Below, piece by piece: positions 36,977-44,706 of a DNA stretch of 64,000 nucleotides. This DNA is from Candidatus Woesearchaeota archaeon (GTDB lineage Archaea; Nanobdellota; Nanobdellia; SCGC-AAA011-G17; PNOQ01), in NCBI GenBank assembly GCA_964497715.1, contig CAZCDH010000001.1, forward strand, positions 25,343 to 89,342, read 5' to 3'. The notes below the pieces were generated by a model. It worked only from the letters and a program-made list of their open reading frames with translations, was not told where the DNA came from and searched no databases. The position numbers and the translations under genes are program-made. The number at the start of each line of letters is the position of its first letter. Positions within the stretch are counted from its first letter, which is position 1.

Positions 36977-38151
36977 TTTAAATCTTTCAACCCCATATGA
37001 ACTGGAGACATATCTCTAAGTTCTTTAACAATCTTTGACATTACTTTTAGTACCTTATTTATATCTGATTTTTTTGTATATTTTCCCAAACTAAATCTTA
37101 TACTTCCGTGTGCTGCTTTCTCAGACTGGCCAATCGCTAGTAGTACATGACTAGCATTCAATGATTTCGAAGAACATGCACTCCCTGTTGATGCATAAAT
37201 CTTGTATTCGTTTAGTTTGAGCAATATTGATTCCCCTTCTATGTTTAAAAAAGTTATATTGACATTGTTTGGAAGCCTTTTATTCTTATCTCCATTCAAG
37301 ATTGTATTATCTATCTGCATTAACCCTTTTATTAAGTAATCTCGTAATTCTGTTAGATTTTTAGAATAATTCTTCTTATTTTTCTGTGCTAATTCCAAAG
37401 CTTTTGTGAACCCCACTATCCCAGGAATATTCTCTGTACCGCTTCTTAATCCAAACTCTTGGTTTCCCCCATCTAAAATGGGATCTAATTGAATTGTATT
37501 ATTTTTATATAAACACCCGATTCCTTTTGGTCCATAGATTTTACTTCCATTCAAACTCATTAAATCGACATTTAATTTTTTTACATCTAACTCTTCAGAA
37601 TTTGCTGCCTGGCATGCGTCAGTATGAAATGTTATCTTTTTGTTCTTCGCTATTGCCCCAATCTCCTTTATTGGTTGAATAGTTCCAACCTCATTATTTG
37701 CATAAATTGTAGATATCAGAATGGTTTCTTTCTTTATTGCAGATTTGATCTTATCTGATGAGACTATCCCATTATTCTCTACTGGAACCAAAGTTATCTC
37801 AAATCCTTCTTTTTTTAGTGATTCTAGAGTGTTTAATACTGCAGGATGTTCTATTGTTGTTGAGATTATATGATTTCCTTTTGATTTTAATTTTCTTGTT
37901 AATCCTTTTAGTGCTAGATTTATTGATTCTGTTCCAGATCCTGTGAAGATTACCTCTTTTGAATCCGCATTTAATATTTTTGCAACTTTTGTTCTTGAAA
38001 AATCTAAAACATTATCTGAGATTAACCCCAAATCATGCATACTCCCTGCATTCCCGTAATCTTCAGAGTAATACTTACTCATTTCTTTTACTACCTTCTT
38101 ATCTGCAGGAGTCGTTGCAGAATTATCCAAGTAAATCTGTTTATTCCTCAT
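36973..38151 (-). CDS. iscS: Cysteine desulfurase (IscS/NifS family).
   Basis: It has class V aminotransferase and the active-site loop STGSACSS. It is coupled to iscU by an ATGA junction. Confidence 0.85.
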   Translation of the reverse strand: MRNKQIYLDNSATTPADKKVVKEMSKYYSEDYGNAGSMHDLGLISDNVLDFSRTKVAKILNADSKEVIFTGSGTESINLALKGLTRKLKSKGNHIISTTIEHPAVLNTLESLKKEGFEITLVPVENNGIVSSDKIKSAIKKETILISTIYANNEVGTIQPIKEIGAIAKNKKITFHTDACQAANSEELDVKKLNVDLMSLNGSKIYGPKGIGCLYKNNTIQLDPILDGGNQEFGLRSGTENIPGIVGFTKALELAQKNKKNYSKNLTELRDYLIKGLMQIDNTILNGDKNKRLPNNVNITFLNIEGESILLKLNEYKIYASTGSACSSKSLNASHVLLAIGQSEKAAHGSIRFSLGKYTKKSDINKVLKVMSKIVKELRDMSPVHMGLKDLK

Positions 38152-38350
38152 TAGCTACCTTATTTAATTTCACTAGAATTTTTTCTATGTCTTCTTCTGA
38201 GAGTCCGTGACTTTTTAGACCAATCTCAATCGTTTCTACATTTGCTGCAAAACAACCTACACAGTGTATTCCACTTTCAAATAATACTTCTGCTGTCTTC
38301 GGATATTCTGCTAAACATTCCCCAATTATTGTATCTTTAGTTATTTTCAT
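38141..38350 (-). CDS. DUF1858-type redox-disulfide protein.
   Basis: MKITKDTIIGECLAEYPKTAEVLFESGIHCVGC matches the DUF1858 N-terminal consensus with the CxxC motif. The start was trimmed from the tracked 38407 to the internal Met. Confidence 0.55.
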   Translation of the reverse strand: MKITKDTIIGECLAEYPKTAEVLFESGIHCVGCFAANVETIEIGLKSHGLSEEDIEKILVKLNKVANEE

Positions 38351-38717
38351 TTTTAAAACAAACCTCGCATTTTTCTGGAACATCATCATATAGTTTATGA
38401 ATTTCACAAACCATTGCCGTGTCCCGAATTAATTTTGTTAACTTAATCAATTCTTTGTGTGTCGTTGACTTTCTTTCTAGTATTCTATCTGCTGATTCTT
38501 TTACAAATTTTATTATTCTTTTACTGAACTTTGCAATTCCTCTCTTCTTTCCTAGATACTGTGAAACTGCTGCAGGAGTGATTTCTAATAGTTCTGCTAT
38601 CTCTTTTTGTTTTAATTTTTCCTTTGAAAGATGAATAGCTAATTCTCTCCGTAGTGAAGGGATTACATACCTTACTTCCACATCTTGTAGCATTAATTTC
38701 ATTAGAAAACTTAACAA
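38337..38717 (-). CDS. Small HTH DNA-binding protein with a C-terminal Cys pair (Tfx-like?). It may regulate the isc cluster.
   Basis: The HTH is KQKEIAELLEITPAAVSQYL. The C-terminus is CEIHKLYDDVPEKCEVC. Confidence 0.35.
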   Translation of the reverse strand: MLSFLMKLMLQDVEVRYVIPSLRRELAIHLSKEKLKQKEIAELLEITPAAVSQYLGKKRGIAKFSKRIIKFVKESADRILERKSTTHKELIKLTKLIRDTAMVCEIHKLYDDVPEKCEVCFKNENN

Positions 38718-38752
38718 TTGTTAATTTATAAATATTACTATTGTCAAATAAT

Positions 38753-40102
38753 TTATTCACCCATTATGTCTGGCAATTTTGATTTGCCCTTACAAGATAT
38801 AAATTGAGGATTTCCTCCCCATTCACCACCAAGGTTATTTAATCTGATAATTCCATTTAAAATTGCTCCAGATGTATCTAGATCTAATTGCCCATTAAAA
38901 CAGAATGTTCCTCCAGTGATTATATTACATCCTCCCATTTGTGAAGTCCCATAATCATTATATTTACTAACAACATTAATTAGATTTTTTTCAGAATCTT
39001 CAAGGCAGTAATTACTATAAAATCCCCATTGGGCATTTGTTGCAGTACTGTAACTTACTGAAGAATTATCAATTAGATGAAATCCAAACATACTATTATT
39101 TGTTGCTGTGCTGTACTTTGAAGAAGATGTATCTTCTAATAAAAATCCTTGACCATTACTTGTTGCCGCACTATGAGTTACTGAAGAATTATCAAGTAGA
39201 TTAAATCCAACCATACTATTATTTGTTGCCGCACTATGAGTTACTGAAGAATTATCAAGTAGATGAAATCCTTGACCAGCATTTGAAGCAAAACTATCCG
39301 TTACTGTAGAATATTCTTCTAGAAAAAAACCATAATTATTATTTGTTGATGTGCTATTTCTTACGGAAGAGGATTCTTCTAGAAAAAAACCATAATCATT
39401 ATCTGTTGACATACTACTTGTTACTGAAGAAGTATCAAGTAGATGAAATCCTACAACCCCTTTTGTTGAGGTGCTCCCTCCCACAGAAGAATTATCAAAT
39501 AAGCTAAATCCATAAACTAGATTATTTGTTGAGGTACTATCGATTGTAGAAGAATAATTTACTAAATAAAATCCATAAAATCTCCCTTCGTTTGATTTAC
39601 ATTTGCTCACAGTAGAATGATCTTTTAGATAAAATCCATAGAAATTATTTAGTGAAGTACTTTCCATTGAAGAAGAATGATTATTTAAAATGAATCCATA
39701 ATCACTATTGGTAGAGATACTACCTGTTACTAAAGAATAATCATTTAGATAAAATCCACAGGGGTTATTTGTTGCAGTACTGTTTTTTATTGAAGAGAAA
39801 CTAGATGATGTAAATCCGACTTGATTATATGTTGATGTACTGTCTACCACAGAAGAATTATCAAATAGGTCAAACCCGTACTGATTCATTGTTGCCATAC
39901 TATTTATTACAGAAGAGAAACTAGATGATGTAAATCCGACTTGATTATACAGTGCCGCACTATCAGTTATTGAAGAATAATCTTCTAAAATAATTCCAAA
40001 ATATTTATTAATAACCCTACAATCTTTTAATTTTGCATAACCTCCTAATATAAATCCTCCTTCACTATAATCTGAAATAACAGAATTATGCGAGTATAAC
40101 AT
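38753..40102 (-). CDS. Ser/Thr/Asn-rich tandem-repeat protein (about 20 copies of a roughly 20-aa unit). It is the likely C-terminal part of a split surface protein gene.
   Basis: Repeat units are like YGFFLEESSSVRNSTSTNNN / YGFHLLDNSSVTHSAATNNSMV. It lacks its own signal peptide. The upstream 141-aa ORF supplies one. Confidence 0.55.
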   Translation of the reverse strand: MLYSHNSVISDYSEGGFILGGYAKLKDCRVINKYFGIILEDYSSITDSAALYNQVGFTSSSFSSVINSMATMNQYGFDLFDNSSVVDSTSTYNQVGFTSSSFSSIKNSTATNNPCGFYLNDYSLVTGSISTNSDYGFILNNHSSSMESTSLNNFYGFYLKDHSTVSKCKSNEGRFYGFYLVNYSSTIDSTSTNNLVYGFSLFDNSSVGGSTSTKGVVGFHLLDTSSVTSSMSTDNDYGFFLEESSSVRNSTSTNNNYGFFLEEYSTVTDSFASNAGQGFHLLDNSSVTHSAATNNSMVGFNLLDNSSVTHSAATSNGQGFLLEDTSSSKYSTATNNSMFGFHLIDNSSVSYSTATNAQWGFYSNYCLEDSEKNLINVVSKYNDYGTSQMGGCNIITGGTFCFNGQLDLDTSGAILNGIIRLNNLGGEWGGNPQFISCKGKSKLPDIMGE

Positions 40103-40134
40103 GTGGCCATTACAATTAAATTGAAAATTACCTT

Positions 40135-40560
40135 CTACAGGAGTATAAATATATATATATTATGGTCGAACATGATATCCTCGGAAAAATTGGCACACCC
40201 TCCTACATAACTGAATATTACATCATTATTATGTACATCAAACCATTCTTGATCAAGATCCAAACAATCTGTTTCGATAGGAAAATCCCCACTATAATTC
40301 GTCGCATCCTTACTTGGCACAGTATTAATTAATTTTTTATGTCCATTAAATCTTGATTCCTCTAAAACTAAATTAGGTTTATCTGGAGTACTCCATTCAG
40401 ATTTACTCGGCACATAGGTTTTATCGAAGTCATAAAAACTATATCTTTTAAACTCGTTTTCATTACCCTTTAATATTATTAAACTTAATCCAACTATCAA
40501 TATAAGGGCAACAATCTTTAGAACTTTATAATTATTCAAATTTCTAATTGAACTTATCAC
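40135..40560 (-). pseudogene. N-terminal fragment (signal anchor plus about 110 aa) of the split repeat-protein gene. It ends inside an (AT)6 tract.
   Basis: MISSIRNLNNYKVLKIVALILIVGLSLIIL is a signal/TM segment. The ORF terminates at 40135. The downstream frame is open from 40159 and differs by +2/-1 within atatatatatat (40149-40160). Confidence 0.45.
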
Positions 40561-40708
40561 TTTGTTGAATAATCACAATCAGATTATATAAACCTTTTTA
40601 TATATGGATCATTAATTTGATCGGAATGTAAGAGATAAGTTTTCTAAGTTTAACTTAAAAATTAATTGAATGAAAAGATTTAAAAGTGATTAAAGAGATT
40701 ATTGAAAT

Positions 40709-42139
40709 ATGGTTAAGCAAGAAGGTATAACTGTAAAAAAAGATGAGAACTTTTCTGAGTGGTATACTCAATCAATTATTAAGAGTGAAATGGCAGATTA
40801 TACTGCAGTTTCTGGATCTATTGTTTACAGGCCAAAAAGTTATGCTATATGGGAGACCATACAAAGAGAAGTAGATAAAAAACTAAAAAAGCTTGGCGTA
40901 CAAAATGCTTATTTTCCTTTATTAATTCCTGAAAAATACTTAATGAAAGAAGCAGAACATGTTGAAGGATTTTCTCCAGAAGTTGCATGGGTTACCCATA
41001 CTGGAAATTCCAAATTAGATGAAAGGTTAGCAATAAGGCCTACTTCTGAAACAATTATGTATCCTTCTTATGCAAAATGGATTAGATCTTGGAAAGATCT
41101 GCCTTTGAAATTAAATCAGTGGAATAATGTAGTTAGATGGGAATTTAAACATGCAGTTCCATTTTTGAGAGGTAGAGAGTTTTTATGGAATGAAGGGCAC
41201 ACAGTTTTTGCAAAGAGAGAAGAAGCAGAAAAAGAGATGAAGGACATCATAAGATTATGGGATTCATTTTGTAAAGATTATCTAGCATTACCTTCATTAG
41301 TTGGCCAGAAATCAGAAAAAGAAAAATTTGCTGGTGCAGAATATACTTGGAGTACAGAGTTTATGATGCCAAATGGAAAAGCTATCCAAGGGCCAGATAC
41401 TCATTTTGATGGACAAAATTTTGCTAAAGCTTTTGACATAAGTTTCTTAGATGAAAATGAGAAGAAACAATTACCTTATCAGAATACTTGGGCAATTAGT
41501 ACAAGAATGATGGGAGTTATGTTTGCCATACATGGAGACGATAAAGGAATAGTGTTACCTCCAAAAATTGCACCAAATAAAGTTGTCTTAATCCCTATAT
41601 TATTTACAAAGACAAAAGATAAAGTAATGAAAGTTGCTAAAGATATAGAGAAAAAGCTGAAAAAATATGATGGAATTTTAGACGATAGAGAGGATTACTC
41701 GGCTGGATGGAAATTCAATGAATGGGAGCTGAAAGGCATACCTATCAGACTAGAACTTGGACCAAAGGATGTTGAAAAAAAACAAGCTGTCATTGTTAGA
41801 AGAGATAGTGGTGAGAAGATAGTTGTAAAACTGAAAGACCTTAATAGTAGTATTGACAAAGTTCTTGAAGATATACAGAGTAGTTTATTTGAAAAAGCTA
41901 AAAAGGCATTATATGATTCAATTGAAGAAGTTGGAATGATTTCTGAGCTTAAAAAAACAATCAGTAAGAAAAAAATTGGTAAAACTAATTGGTGTGGCAA
42001 TGTTACTTGTGAAGAAAATATCAAAAATAAAACTGGTACAAAGAGTTTGAACAGTGAATTTAATTCTAAAGGGGCAGGCAAATGTTTTGCTTGTGAAGCT
42101 AATGCAGAATTTGTTACTTATTTTGGGAAGAGTTACTAA
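40709..42139 (+). CDS. proS: Prolyl-tRNA synthetase, archaeal/eukaryotic type.
   Basis: It has the class II core, the archaeal ProRS C-terminal Zn domain (CGNVTCEE...CFACEANAEFVTYFGKSY) and a terminal Tyr. Confidence 0.85.
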   Translation: MVKQEGITVKKDENFSEWYTQSIIKSEMADYTAVSGSIVYRPKSYAIWETIQREVDKKLKKLGVQNAYFPLLIPEKYLMKEAEHVEGFSPEVAWVTHTGNSKLDERLAIRPTSETIMYPSYAKWIRSWKDLPLKLNQWNNVVRWEFKHAVPFLRGREFLWNEGHTVFAKREEAEKEMKDIIRLWDSFCKDYLALPSLVGQKSEKEKFAGAEYTWSTEFMMPNGKAIQGPDTHFDGQNFAKAFDISFLDENEKKQLPYQNTWAISTRMMGVMFAIHGDDKGIVLPPKIAPNKVVLIPILFTKTKDKVMKVAKDIEKKLKKYDGILDDREDYSAGWKFNEWELKGIPIRLELGPKDVEKKQAVIVRRDSGEKIVVKLKDLNSSIDKVLEDIQSSLFEKAKKALYDSIEEVGMISELKKTISKKKIGKTNWCGNVTCEENIKNKTGTKSLNSEFNSKGAGKCFACEANAEFVTYFGKSY

Positions 42140-42719
42140 CCAATTTGTTTAAAAAATATATTATTGGAATTACACAAACTAAAGCATAGAATATCGGAAA
42201 GAGTATAGGGAATAATGGAATTGTTGGTAACCAGTTTATGCAAGATTTGAATAAACAGTTTAGATTGAGATCATTTCCATAGTATATTATTATAGGTATT
42301 AATAATGCTAGATGTAGTGCTACACCTTTCCAAGCTTTTTGTTGTTTCTTATTTATCAATAAAAATGCCATCACCCCGAAAGGGACCACTATTAGATGGA
42401 GTAAACTTGAGATATACAAGGGTGTTGCGAAATCTGGATTAAACATATATGCTGTTGATCCTACTAGATATTTATTGAATGATAATTTGAAAAGATAATC
42501 TATTGTCCACCCAATCTCCCCGGCAAAAATGAATGCAGTTTCTGCTAATATCCAAAATGAACTTCTGAGTAAAATGGCTATCCCTAGAATTAATGGAACA
42601 TGATTACTTAACCAAAATAAACTTGTTGGTGTTCCAAACTTTAATATCATGAATATTCTAATTAGAGATAGAACTATCATAACTATCCCCATTGTTCTCA
42701 GCATATTGTTTTTATCCAT
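42114..42719 (-). CDS. Hypothetical integral membrane protein (6 TM helices).
   Basis: Hydrophobic 201-aa ORF. Confidence 0.35.
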   Translation of the reverse strand: MDKNNMLRTMGIVMIVLSLIRIFMILKFGTPTSLFWLSNHVPLILGIAILLRSSFWILAETAFIFAGEIGWTIDYLFKLSFNKYLVGSTAYMFNPDFATPLYISSLLHLIVVPFGVMAFLLINKKQQKAWKGVALHLALLIPIIIYYGNDLNLNCLFKSCINWLPTIPLFPILFPIFYALVCVIPIIYFLNKLVSNSSQNK

Positions 42720-42720
42720 A

Positions 42721-44652
42721 TTAGTTTACTAGATTAACAAAAAATTTGTAAATTTGTGCGTACCATGGAATATTTATTATGTCTATCGCTTTTATCTCAT
42801 TTAATTCGAAAGTATTCCCAAATTCATCTTCGTATTCTATTAAAATCTTTATTTTATTATTCAGGAGAGATTTTGAGTTTAGCTTTGCTTCTAGATTAGT
42901 TATTCCTTGTGACTCTTGGATTATTTGTTTGTCTGCATTGTTTATAGATATGGATAAGTTTTTTATCAGTGCTTTAGAATCTAACCTAAATATGAAATCA
43001 AAGTCTTCGCCATAATTCACTTGGTTTGGATATTCAAAGTAAATCATTTTTAAGTCTGGTTTCCCCAGAACTATTAGTTGAATATTACTGATTAAATCTA
43101 CTACACCATTTTTTGCAGAGACTACTCTCTCTGTTAGATTTTCTGCATGAATTTCAAAGAGTATTTCTTTTTCTTTAGATATTGTTAAATCTATGAGTTC
43201 ACATTCTTGATCTAAACAGACTGAAATATCTGTTAAAATCTTATTACCTATATTTTTTATATTACAAGATATTGGTACAGTTTCAAAAATATAATAGTAT
43301 GGTCTCTCAGATCCACATTCTAATGAAATCTCTTCAGAATAGGTTTTTTCTTCAATCTCTTCTAACTCTTCTATCAGATCTCTTGCTTCATCTTCTGAAA
43401 TGTAATCATATCCTTCGCTTGAAGAGAATTCTATAACATCCGAAGTTATTTCACCAAATAGATCTATAACTTCTATCTGAGTGGTGTACCTCATGTTATT
43501 TTCAGCATCATCTGGAATCTTTATTATCCAAAAAATTGCTTTATTTTGTTTAGGTTTTAGTAAAGTTATCTTAGTATTATCTGACAATAAATCTGGAGCT
43601 TTTGTTATTATTGCAGTATCAGATACATAAGAATCGTATGGGTTTTCTATAGTTACTTTTATTGGAACATAACTTCCAGGAGATACATTATTCTCCAGTA
43701 TTTCTAGATCAATATCAAAAGGAGAATCTATTTTGTTTCCAAAGTCTGCAATCTCTGCACTGATGTTTAAACCCTCGGGAGAGATTAATACATTATTTGA
43801 TCTCCAATTATACCTTATTGAAGGAGTTCCAGAATCAACATTTTCTAATAACCTTATATGAGTTGGATCAATCCAACCAAACTGTCCGAATGAAATATCG
43901 AAAGGTACCCACCCATAATCTGGGAAATACGCTTCCGCCCATCCGTGATTACCAAAATCTTCTGTTGTTCCCGAATATGCTACACCTGAAATAAATCTTG
44001 TTGGAATTCCTACTGAACGAGAGAGTGAAATAAATAATGTTGCAAGCTCATCACATACACCTTCTTTATCTTCTAATACCCATGAAGAAGATAATGCCGC
44101 ATTTGCAGTTTGTGAATTCAAATCATACTCTATATTCTTTTTTACCCAGTTTGCTATTTTGAAAACTGCCGAATAAAGATTTGATTCTCCTTCAATGATC
44201 TCATTTGCTTTCTCTAATATCTCTGGAGTAATATCTGTCTTTTCTCCTTCTTCTAAGTAAATCTCATAATCTTCATCCAAGTTTATTATTGGAAATTGTA
44301 TTCGTGGAATTTTGTGTAAAACATTTTCAGTCTCTATTTTTGAAGTATATCCAAACTCTATAGTTTCCGAATAATCTTCCCATCTAAATTTTAGAGAATC
44401 ATCTAATTCACTTATCTCTGCAGGTTCATCTGAAAAAGTGTTTAAATATAGTATAGATTGTGTTTGGAGTTGAATTGGATTAATTAGAAGAGTTGCTTCA
44501 GCATGATCTAAACTAGCCCCAGACTCCTCTTCTTCCATAGTTAGTTTTGCTAAAACTTCAAGATCAATAGTTATAGTAGAGTAATCAGTATAGGACTCTT
44601 GAGCTAAAACTAATGGAACTAATAACAAAAAAAATAAAATTGCTTTTTTTAT
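42721..44652 (-). CDS. Secreted transglutaminase-like (Cys-His-Asp) domain protein. It probably initiates at ATA 44652.
   Basis: The core is EGVCDELATLFISLSRSVGIPTRFISGVAYSG...NHGWAEAYFPDYGWVPFD. The in-frame upstream codons encode (M)KKAILFFLLLVPLVLAQE, a textbook signal peptide. The SD AAGAGGTGA (44670-44662) lies 7 nt before ATA at 44652. There is no ATG or GTG upstream of the TTG at 44628. Confidence 0.6.
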   Translation of the reverse strand: MKKAILFFLLLVPLVLAQESYTDYSTITIDLEVLAKLTMEEEESGASLDHAEATLLINPIQLQTQSILYLNTFSDEPAEISELDDSLKFRWEDYSETIEFGYTSKIETENVLHKIPRIQFPIINLDEDYEIYLEEGEKTDITPEILEKANEIIEGESNLYSAVFKIANWVKKNIEYDLNSQTANAALSSSWVLEDKEGVCDELATLFISLSRSVGIPTRFISGVAYSGTTEDFGNHGWAEAYFPDYGWVPFDISFGQFGWIDPTHIRLLENVDSGTPSIRYNWRSNNVLISPEGLNISAEIADFGNKIDSPFDIDLEILENNVSPGSYVPIKVTIENPYDSYVSDTAIITKAPDLLSDNTKITLLKPKQNKAIFWIIKIPDDAENNMRYTTQIEVIDLFGEITSDVIEFSSSEGYDYISEDEARDLIEELEEIEEKTYSEEISLECGSERPYYYIFETVPISCNIKNIGNKILTDISVCLDQECELIDLTISKEKEILFEIHAENLTERVVSAKNGVVDLISNIQLIVLGKPDLKMIYFEYPNQVNYGEDFDFIFRLDSKALIKNLSISINNADKQIIQESQGITNLEAKLNSKSLLNNKIKILIEYEDEFGNTFELNEIKAIDIINIPWYAQIYKFFVNLVN

Positions 44653-44706
44653 TTCTAATCACCTCTTAATGAGATAAGTGACAGCTTAGTTTATATTTAT
44701 TTCGAT

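Noticed and set aside
38753-40102. Highly periodic 60-63-nt repeats that could superficially resemble a CRISPR-like or satellite array.
   Set aside because: The periodicity is in frame and encodes an approximately 20-aa protein repeat with variable length and sequence. There are no constant direct repeats separated by unique spacers, and no cas genes in the window.
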